64,000 bases of DNA from Tubulanus polymorphus (lineage: Eukaryota > Animalia > Nemertea). The stretch covers positions 8,216,485 to 8,280,484 of the forward strand of contig NC_134027.1 of the NCBI RefSeq assembly GCF_964204645.1. The letters are read 5' to 3'. Position 1 is the first letter of the stretch; every line of letters begins with the position of its first letter. Of this stretch, positions 13,501 through 25,500 are shown piece by piece. The notes beneath the pieces are model-generated. The model did no database searches. It was not told where the DNA came from and saw only the letters and a program-made list of their open reading frames with translations. A program made the translations under genes and the position numbers.

Positions 13501-16500
13501 TTATGATAAAGGAGAGTTGGCAATTTGTGCGGCAAATACTGGTTTTTCAATTAAAATCGAGGAACTAAGGGGGAGATTGTAGACGGAACGTACAAGAGAA
13601 TTCAGGATAGTTCTAAAATACAACAGGAAAGAAGATCATCTAAATGATAGAGATATCGGTGAGTGGTAAAATCGCTTCAAATGTTCTGAAACGGCCAATT
13701 ATGAATCAAATACCAAGAACGTTTTAATGATCGACAGAAATAAATTGATTCGGTTTCGGGAGTGAGATGTATAGGTTACTGTGTTATTTACGAACCACAT
13801 AAGAACAGCTTTCTCTTTCTACGCGGAAATTTAAACTCCTAATCGAAAAATTTAATCGAAAAGAAAAGCGATGTCAAAAAAGATTTTTTTTCATTCATTT
13901 TCCAAATGAAGCATTGTATTATAAAACTATAGAACGATCTAAAATGATCTAAAAGGCTTATTAACATGGAAGCAGAGAGACCTATATGTAAACATATATG
14001 GATTGAAAAATGACAACATCGTATATCAAATGATGAATGGAGATTATTCAGCGAAAAATCTGAAGGTTTTTTTACTCACAGCTTCAGAAAACACTTGAAT
14101 CTGAAACATTTATGGACAGATTTTCAAATATGTCAGCCAAATGCTGGCTAGCGAAATAGAATTCTGACGGAAATCTATAGAATTAATGTTAAACTACGTA
14201 GATGTTTTACCATAAATCACCAAATAATTAATAGATAACACAATGTATTTATCTAAACGGCATCACATAATTCTAAAAGTAAATAGTTGACAAATATTTG
14301 TCTGCTATTATATTTCAGATCTTGTTCAGCTAGCAGGGTGACGCATAATGCTGGAAATGAAATGACAATTGATGATATTTATTCAATCAAATAGTATTTC
14401 TATTGAACGAACCAACCTCTTTTGCAGCCGTATTTTTCTGATCGCGAAGAGTCGTGATTTCGCCCTTGTATTCGGTGATATGACCTTGCAATTCATGATT
14501 GTGTTTCGTTTTCAGGCTGAGTTGAGTTTGACACTCAGACAAATCGTATTCGAGCTGTTGGATTTTCTCTTCCTGTTCCAACCACTGGAAAATAAGGAAG
14601 AAATCATTTTGAAAGGTTTTTTAAGACTTCAAATAATCTATCGAATTTAAAAGCAATGATCTGTTTCAATGATACAATACTATATAATTCTTACCTCATC
14701 GTCAGTGTGCCGATGTTTCTCCTGATATTTCAGTAGATCTGTTTGACTATTTTCAGACCTGTGCGCTAATTGTTCATTCTAAAAAAATTCAAAACGAAAA
14801 CATTACAAAACACATAGGCCTACGACGAATCTCATCTGGTTCGAAAGGCCATGCACAGAAGCAACCGGACCTATTTCCAGATTGCAAGCTACAATTTGAT
14901 TCTACAATTTTTGATTAGCTCATTTTCGGCGGAATCAATTGTGTTAAGTATAACAACTGTTGAAACCGGTGCAGGAAGTTGATTAGAACTAATATCAAAC
15001 TAATCATATTCAGGCTTAGCGAAAGCATATTCCAATGATTTTTGCGGTCATAATTCCGTTGCATTAAGTCTATATATAATCCTACGCTAAACCGCGGTTA
15101 AGATTAACCTAAAACAAATGCATTACATGAATCGATTCAACCTAGGAAAAACAACACAACATTCGCAAATGCAAGCCCGCGACAGACAATAACGGACACG
15201 AAAAACTGAAAAATAGTTACAGTATAAGTGAAAATAAAGCAACTGAAATCTACAAAGAATGATAAAAATAGATGAACATTTCATACCAAGCTATGTATGA
15301 TTTCGAAAGAGGAGCGAAGCTTTTCCACGAGTTCAAAACCGGCCGAATCGTCTTCGACGCGGTTATGATAAAATTCTACGGCCGGATGCTGAATTCGAGG
15401 ATATTCGATTCTTAAAACGCTATCGTGAGACGCATAACGATGCAATTCATACGACATTGTCTTCAATAATCCAATAATTGTGTTTTGTCTTAAACCAAAA
15501 TGACGAGATTGAATCCTACTACTACGGTATATACATGCACACACCTGTTTGTCTATATATGTCTACATATCATAACTGAAACGCTAAAACAGCAATGAAT
15601 TGAATTTCCCATAATAAATTGTTTTTTCAATAGTACTATTTTTTCACATGCTCAAACTGAAGTCATTCAATTACTTTCTCAAGTACAGTACGCCCGCAAT
15701 ACAGGCCGGTTTTCTTTACTGCTATGTCTGAACCAATATTAGCTCTTTTAGTATTTTAGTATTTAGTTTTCTAAGGCACAGAAAATGTCTTCTACCCCAA
15801 ACAGCTATAATGCAGGCAACTCATAATTTTTCTTTGTATGTGAAACGCTTGTTAATATTCATCATTTAGAACCAATTGATATATAAAGATTTTCCTATCT
15901 TAGGTTATGATTATCTGGGCCCAGGAGAGCCTTGATAAGGACCAGAGATCATTTAAACTCCATCAGAAAAAGACTACCATTTTGTGATGAGATATGTATA
16001 GAATTGTGTATGGTAAGCCAAAAATCTATGAAATTTAGTCACTAAAAAATACCTTTAATAGTGAGAATCCATTAAAAATAATCATTACTGTATTTGAAAT
16101 AATAAATATTAAGTTATTTAGTAGGTAATTCATAGCAAATATATAGAAAGCACTGTTACATATGATACTTATTACAATGTTTAAATCATCATTCCTCTTA
16201 CACAGTTCATGCTATCAGTAACGGTATATTCAAAACAGTAATTTTATAGTTGAAAATCTAACCAGTAACCCTAGTTACAATAGTACAATAGTATAAAATA
16301 AGAATATTGTATAATATGAAAATATTTATAGTAATAATACAAGCACTGGCACTAAATGTTGAAAATTAGTCTGGACAAGGGCTGATCCAAGCATCTTCTG
16401 ATCAATTTGGAAATCAATCTCGTTTCAACAGTTCTGGACCTGGTTCAACAATGGTGTTCAATCCTATAAACAAGTCCGATGTTATTGAAACCTGTGGAAC

Positions 16501-19500
16501 CAGCTCAGAACATGATTACTTATTTAATGCTTTGCTTAAGGTTTTTTCTCAGATGATGTATTCATGAAATGAAAAGAAAACAGACAAAACGATGGAATAG
16601 GTTTTAATATTCGAAGTCATCGTGACGGGAGAAAATGAAGGATGAAATAATACGATATACACAGCAACAACACCAGTGCCAGGACTGTGGGGGGATAACA
16701 AGCAGAATATACAAAACTATCCTTACACGCCAATATCTTAATGGCACCTAGAACAATACAGTAAATCAATCGACTTGATTAGATAGAAAAGATTATCTCA
16801 TATAGTATATTGTAGTTGAAAATATGTTTGTTCATTCATAAGTGCTGCGAAATTGTTCTGAAAAATTCTATTGGACAAGGAATTTCAAACAAAAAACTAA
16901 TTCAAGTGTGATTGTAAGATATGACCGTCAAAACAAAAAAAATCTTTTTCTTCATACACATAATATACGTTCGCACTTCCTTCAACATGTAGATATGTAC
17001 ATTCAGTTCAATGGGTCCATGCTTATTGTGTTCGTTAAAACAGAAACTACATCAAAAGTGAAGATACGCCGCGAGTAAGAAGCTGAATGAATGTCGACCT
17101 ACCTCATCTTGTTTATGCGTGAGCGCGTCTCGTAAATCGATGATCAGAGCCTCGCATTTGCCGATTTTCTCCTGCGCGACGGATAGTTCGTCTTGCGAGT
17201 GATTCACCTCGGTCGTTAGTTGTTGAATAACGTCTTCGCACTGTTCTAACTGACCCTGTCGATCGTCCAGTTGTTTCGACAGATTATCCAGCTCCAACTG
17301 TAACTTCTCGATGCAAGCTTCGTTGTCGCCTTCCTAGATACACAAATAAATCCATAAATGTAACCGAAAAATTCCAGACTATGGAAATAATTGCTCATTT
17401 TCAAACTATACTTCACTTACTCGATTCTTTGATTCCGTGAGTCTTTCCTGAGTATTTTTCACCGTTGCCTCGAGATGACTGATCTGATTCATACACTGGT
17501 TATATTTCTGTTTGTAATGATTCAGCTGATCTTCGAGGTGAGTAGCGGTATCGCGACTTTGTTCCGCTTGATCTTCGAGCACCATGATCTGCTGTTTGCT
17601 TTCGGTGAGTTTCACTTCTTGTTCGCGACACATTCCTTGTTGACGCGACAACTGAAATTTACCAACAGTAATCATTATGATTTCGTTCATGGCTCTTAAT
17701 TTGACTCAAGTTTTTGAACAAAGAACTTTGTGAAATACATTCATCCGTGAATGCATGAAGCAATTATGATGACTTTTAATTCAGATCTAAGGAGCTAATT
17801 CAAAATAAGAATAGGCTAAACATAAAAGGGCCTACTGTGTAATGTATGCATTATACCAAGTCCTCAGTCCTCATACAAGACCCACAAGGTCACGCGTACA
17901 AGGAAGCCAGGTTTATCTGCACCGTGTCACCTGGAGGCGACACTTTGCGAGCAAGGATTGTAATCATCATTGGACTTATAATATGTTTGCGAAATACGGA
18001 AAATCATCTAATACAATTTAAAAGCATACGAGTACCTGGTACATCAAATCAGTTAGCAAGAATTATAGAAAAAATATCAGAAAATCAATGATCAAGCGTT
18101 CAAATTGAAGACAGATTGTAAGATGGATATCTATAAAATAATGTCTCAATACCATCCCAGTAATTGGAAAAGCTGCCTTCAACTGGTTATAATATCAAGA
18201 TACAAATTTGGTAATTTTGTAAATAAAAAAATCATCACAACGTTAGTTGAATAATTAATTCAATTCATCGTAAAATTAAGTCTAGTGCATAGCACAAACA
18301 ATTCCTGCTCATTTTCTTACCATCTCCTTAGACTCTTTACAATAAATTTTAATCTGACGAATAATAAGACATAAACAGGTCAATACAAATTTGCTTCAGC
18401 TAATTCACGTTGCCCGAGAGGATTTTTCATAAAAAGCATTGAGAAGATGAAAAAATGAAAATAAAATCCAAATGAAAATCAACGTACCTCACTTTCTGTT
18501 CGATTCAGATCGGATTTTAACGCGTGTACTTCGTCTTGCAGTTGACCGATCACGTCTTTTTGTTCATTATTCGTGCGATCGTGGTCTTCCAGTTCGTGTC
18601 TCACACCTTCCAGTTCCTCGGCGAGCATTTCGATATCTTGATGATAACGTGCCACCTCCTCGGCGTGTGATGTCCGCGACAGTTGCAACTCGGATTTCAA
18701 CTGATCGATAGTTTTCAGATGGTTTTTAATCTCTTGCAGCGAGATTTGATGATCGTGTTGCAGTTGTTGGATCTTTCGTTCATGACCAGCCACCTGTAAC
18801 AAAACAGAAAATTGTAATTTCGACGAAATATTTTCCTTGATATCTTTTTTCGATGACTGCATGTTATAGGCGTCCTCAGTCCTTCTACAAGACCCACAAG
18901 GTCATACGTACAAGGAAGGCAGGTTTATCTGCACCATGTCACCTGGAGGCGACACTTTGCGAGCAAGGATTGTAATCATCATTGGACGTATGCACACAAA
19001 ACACAATAACTATTCAAATTGGTGGATGAATATTCATTAAGTAGATATCTCCACAACATCATCAGATGTCGACAGAAGATCTATTCAAGAGCGTTTACCT
19101 GTTCGTCTTTGAGTTCCATCTGAGTGTGGAAAGACCGAAGATCACCTTGTAATTGTTTCACACGTCCATTGAGTCTTTCAACTTCATCTTCTTTGATATT
19201 CACCTTAAATCAAAAGATGATAGATCAACTGACAATGGAGGATTACATAGCATACACAGATTCTACCAATTCAAAATTATCGAAATGTTTTAATGGTATT
19301 CCACTGTACTGCATTTAATGGAATTACCTCTTCTACGCTGCCATTATATTTATATTGCATAGTGTCTAAGTCTGTTCTGAGCTTGATAATATTTTCATCC
19401 CTGTTTGCAACCTAAATCAAAATAATACATCCTAGTTCAATGCAAAAAATGCATGTAATAGACGATGAATTCTGAAAAAGATGACAGCAAATTTCTACCT

Positions 19501-22500
19501 CATTTTGACAGGTCCTATGTTTTTCTTTTGATATGGTAAGCTCCATTTCGAGGTCATGACTGGTTTCTTTAAGAATACCCAATTCCTGAGTAACTTTACT
19601 TAATGTAGAATTCATTTGCGAGTTCTCTATCTTCAATCGTTCGATGGTAGATTCATTTTTCAACACCTAATGATAAGAAAATACAGCCCTTAGAGGAACT
19701 GATTCTTGAAGATTTCTGAGACACAACACAGAATGAACATTAGATTCATATGGCTCTTCAGTTCTGCAGTCATTCCTACCTCCCTGAGTCAAATCTAACC
19801 GACCACATGTCAGTAGAGAGAAGACTAACAGGAAGGCTAACAGCCCACATATCTAGCTGTATTCTGGACCCCTGCGTTTTCATCATTTCAACCTATGATA
19901 ACTAATGATTTTCTTCTATCATTTTTAAAGCCAAAGCAAGTGATTCGAACAAGCCAAATGCGCATGACCTTTGCATTATTTTATGCGTTATTACAATTTT
20001 ATGATTGTGGGATGATTAAAAAGCCTCGGAAAATGTGAACAATGTTGACAATGTCTGAGAAGGCGAACCTCTTCGTAACAGGCGGCATATTGAGTCTGTG
20101 ATTCGGTTAAATCTTCCTGCAGATTACGAATAGTATCTTCTCGTTTCGAGATCTGCAAACGAAACAGTGTTAGTTACGTTAAGTTAGCCACTCAACAACA
20201 TGAATACATATCTGAATACAATGGTGCGCAAGGAGTTAGAGTTGGAACTAAGCATAGATCTCTGGGGCAAGTAAAACACAGCTGCAGGGACTTCAAAGCT
20301 CTGGGAACAGTTGCCCAAATGTTTAATCGCAACCAAAATTTGAATAACTCAGAATCAATTTAAGCCATATCATTAGAACGATATTTGAAGAACCTTTGAA
20401 CAACTTTCTCATGAGGTGCTTATTATTCTGCTCCTTTATAATACTTAACTATCTATTTGGCAGATATACAGTGATCAGGTGCTATCATATACGAATTGCC
20501 TGTATCATATTTTGCCAGCATATATGTGTGAAATGTACATGTGTAAAGGATAACAATAAAAAATGGTTCGTTACTTGAAATATTTTGAATATGAACACGA
20601 AACAAACATCCATAACAACTAGTGAGAACATTTAGTACTGAATATTATTTGAATTTCGAACGAGTAACACTGTGTAAGGAAACTTACTGCCATCCTTATC
20701 TTACTCTAAAAGAAAATGGCTTATATTTGAACATATAATTTCATATACCGGTAGGTATTCGATAGTGCAAATGAAGGCTTCTTTCGAATTCAAGTGGCAC
20801 ACGGATAAATTTATGAAAAACAACATGAATTTTTGTTCGAATGAGCAAGACACTGAGAATTTTGAAAAGCATGTTGCGATGACAGTATATTGTATCGTAC
20901 CGCACGACAATACTACAATCACGTACATTACCAGAAACAATTTGAATGCAAATTCGTGAAAAAAAATTGAAAATTTTTCTTGTGAAATTCTTCCTACGAG
21001 TATCATAGTCTATATATTTTCATTTTGACATATCTCTAGTTAAGTGCATTGAATCATGATTAGAAATAAATGTAAATTAATACATGACGCCAATGATTGA
21101 TTATAAAACATCAGTTTGATGCGATGAGGTGATTATGGTTGTAGAATTATTAGTTCATTCAGCTGATTAAAGAGGGCAGCATAATTACTCACGTCGTCAT
21201 CTGCCTGTGTTCGTAATTCATCAATGTCATTTTGACCTTGAGCGAGGGCATCTTGTAACCGACGCACGGTCTCCGACTGCCTCTGAATCTGAAATTCATC
21301 GAAACCAAAATTCAGGGCCAGTTCAATAGATAGACTTCAACCCAACGACTTAATTCAAATATCATTTGATATGTTCCTGGTTTTAAGACAAAATTTCTCA
21401 TTTTCGGCGAGAATTTCGGTGAACAACAGGATTTTAATATAAGCACTTCAAACTCATATCAAGGCAACAATAAAATGCCAAAATACGATAACCTATTGTG
21501 CATGTTGACATCGATGAAGATGAAAATCTTCGAATTCAAAAATGTTTTCTACCTCTTGCGATTTTTCTTGACTGCGTTGTCGAACTTTCGTCAATTCTTC
21601 GGTCAGCTTACGCAGCATATCGTCTCGTTGAACGATCTTAGTCGCGACTTCGCGTTGCTGTTTCTTCATGAGATCGATATCGCTTCGGAGTTGTGACACC
21701 ACTTCATCTTTAATATCGCTCTGTGAGGAAAGTGTGAAAATCCAAAATGAACTAGCGTGCCGATTTTCTTGGAAAGATACCTCGCTTTCGTTGCGCAACT
21801 TACGTTATGTTGAAGACTATCGTTCTGAGCCTGAGCTTCGTTCAGTTCCATATTCATATCCCTGATTTGTCCCTCCAACTGAGCGACGGTCTCGATTTGT
21901 GCAGCAGTTCGATCTCGAGACTCGGCTATTTGTCCCTCGAGATTTTTCAGGGCTTCCGTTTTCGCTTCGATTTCAGCAGTCTTCGATCGGATGGTAAGAT
22001 TTTGTTGGTCGATCGTTCGCTCTTGTTGCGAAACCTAGAATGAAATCGATAACTAAATAACAACAGTCAGCAAAACGAAAGCAAAGCGAAACGAAAGGAA
22101 CAAATGTGTTAACCTTGTTACGTACCTTCTCTTCAGCTTTACTCAAATGTTCTTGTACATTGATCTGATCCATTTTCAATTTATGTATCATGTCTTCTCG
22201 CCTTTGCACCTTAAATGAAAATGTATATTCAAAACTAGGCTAATGTTTTAGCATTATCACCATTAGTGATGATTTCCCACAGAACACACCAAATAAACCT
22301 GGGTTGCATTTTGAGCTATGCTGCGAGGGGAACCGGGCTTATCCATGAATAAGACGAGTTGCTCAAAAAATTGTATCCATTCATAAAGCATTCCAGATTG
22401 AAATTAAAGCTCCCAATGCATTTCACCTCCCTCTAAGGAATCTTGATGCAGCCTAAATGGAAGTGTGACTGAGCATTCGTGATGATGTGCTCAAAGAATT

Positions 22501-25500
22501 AACAATAGATAATTAATCATTCAACCTTAATTGTATAATTATCAATGCAATTAGCAGTACTGTTTGACCTGATCATTAGCTCAATTAAAGCCTAGAATTT
22601 AGTTCTATTGGAGGTGTCTTACAAACCTCGCCTGTGAGCACGTCTTGCTCGCTTTGCGCATTGATAGCAAATGCTTGGATACGCGATTCGAGTCGGCCAT
22701 TTTCCTCGAGAGATTCTTTGTAGTGCGCTTTACATAGGTCCAGATCGTTCTCCGCCTGGTGCAAAGTGATTTCCCTGCGCGATAACTACAACAAAATATG
22801 AAGAGAGTTGTTAAGCTCATGGCACGTATAAAATTTGGCTTCAAATGTTCCTCGTTTTAAGACGAAACATTTCATTGGAAGAGAAATTTTCGGTGAACAA
22901 CAAGGAATTTAATATTCGCACTTTAAACTCATATCAAAGCAACTACACACTGCCATGATACGATAACCTATTGTGCATAATACGGTTAACTATCTATTAT
23001 CAATTGAATATGATTAAGAATGTTCCTCGTTTCAAGACGAAATGTCCCAGATGAAATGAGAATTTCGGTGAACAACAGGAATTGAATATTTGCACTTTTA
23101 TTTCATATCAAAGCAACTCGAAAATGCTATGATACAATTACAAATTGTGCAAATCATTACGCATTATACGATAATAAGACCCTCACTTCGTCTTTGAGAT
23201 GCCTATTCTCGTCCTGTAGAGCTTGGATTTCTCCATCGAGCTGTGAAATATTCGCCTCTCGGCGGGCTAGGTTTTGCTGGTCATCTCGTTGTTGATTACG
23301 CAGACGTTCAATCAGTTCTTCCTTGGCAGCAATCTGCGAATAAAATGTAAGATTTAAAGATAGTTCTATCGTGCAGATTGCCATTGAAGTATGGAACGAA
23401 TTAACTGAAGAAAATTAATTGACTTCAAATCACTTCAGGGTCCTGGCATTCTGATAAACAACACATGTATGAAGGACAATTGTGTTTACCTTTATCGTAA
23501 AATATCTCCACCAATACCCATCCTTAGAAATATCCCGAGAGACAAGAGGCCAAGGAAATGTACCTTCCATCTAATATTAATCCTTTAAATCTATGTGTCA
23601 TATATGTAACCAGCCATTAAACTATTAACCACGAGGCCTTATGTACAAGTAACTCAGTAGTACTGCTTCAACATGACCAGATTAAACCCTCAGTTGAATA
23701 TTCTTATTGTCTAGGAATATAGACAATTACAGTGTAAGACAGCAAACTGTGACACTACATGCGTTAACTGCCCAAATTGCCTCATAAACCCTACAATCAA
23801 ATAGCTTGCTATAGACGCATGCGTTATATATATGACTATAAAAGCCAATAGTGAACATAGTCGTTAACAGACACTAGCCAGCACACATCAGGACATGGCT
23901 GACCAATTAATTAAACACTATATAAATACACCCACATGCTCTTTGCATTCATTCATAAACAACTATCTATGCTCAAGAATGATAATTGTCATAACGCAAT
24001 ATCTTGACATTGTCGTAAGTTCATTGAGTTATGAAAGTAAACCTATTTCACTGAGCAATAAAATAATAAGCATGCCTTTAATGCAAGTGCCAACTGGGAC
24101 TTTCAGATTTTCAGATTTTCAGTAATATTTCAGAAAAATTTCAAACAGTGAAAAGCTTATGTTGTAATTAGATGATGAGGTTGTTGGCTTATGTGAAAGA
24201 TGTTTTGGTATAATCTAATTCATAAAACTGAAAATATCTGACCTGCACTTGAACATTTTCGAGTTTTTCCTGAAGAATTGTTAAATCAGTGCTCAGTTTG
24301 TTGACGGTTTCTTGAAGTTCGGCTATTTCTGTTTTGTATATAGTTTCCTGTTGACTCATTGTTATCTCTTTCTCTTGGAGCGAAGTTTGCAGATGATCAA
24401 TCTAAAGCATATGCAAACAAAAAATGGCTTATACTTTCATAAAAGGCAGCATTCATCGAAGAATGAATATGACAATTTTCTAACAAGCAGGAAAATTAAG
24501 GGAAAACCTCAAGCAAAACAAAACCTTTTGCTAACAAAAGAACATACACTAAAAACGGAAAGAAATTTATAAGTCTAAAGTAACATGGACCCTGTTCATC
24601 AATTGGGGTCAAATCTGACTGGTGGAACTAAAATTTCCACCCAAAACTATTGAACTGGGGTCATATGCTGAATGCTACTCACAGAATAATCTTCCTGTTC
24701 GTAATTGCAAACAAATAAACATATCTATGACATGCTTTATCTAAGCCGAGCAAATCCTAATAGAATGGATCTAAGAAAATCTAGGTGCTTATATTTACCT
24801 CTCGTACTTGATTCTGGAATTTTCCGCTCACCCCGATCAAATCTCGTTCGTTCTGAGCCAGTTTTTCATAGTATTCGTGTAACTAAGGGGAAGGAAACAC
24901 AGATGGAGATGATACAAGGGAAGGAGGAACATATGGATTGTGCAAGGCAGGGGGACCCATTCTTAAAATCAAGATTGCGGTTTTATGAAAACATTTCCAT
25001 GGGGCAAGATTTGCCAATGGAATAACATCTTCAAGCGCAAGTTTGGCAAAATAAATCTGCTTCTAGCTCTAATCCTGAGACTACAGAACTGGTGGTAATC
25101 ATCATAGATTGATTTTATAGAAAATTGATTGAAAGATGGCAGCACGAACAAACTGACTTCAAAACACAGATATGGAGCGAGTTCATAAAAGAAAATCATT
25201 GATTGGTTCTAGCGAATAGCAGAATCGCGACGCAAGTGACTACAATAATTTATACGATTGATTTCGCGGTCTGATTTTTCAGGCTAAGATTTCACTCCAA
25301 TCCGATGATTTACTGCTAATAATCATAACCATGTCTAAACATTACAATCAATTATTCACAGCCCACAATCGTTCAAACACTGAATTAAACTATGCATCAA
25401 TTTAAAGCTGGATTCATTTCCATGAATTCAAGGGCGGAAGGAACGAGTAAGGATGTACAGTTCGTTTTTAGCGCACATGAATACCTTATTATTTGATTGT

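Noticed and set aside
13547-13640. Several strong-looking acceptors giving FLDFN*, NYPEFS.. or MIFFPV
   Set aside because: Donors are weak or frames conflict; no single supportable exon.
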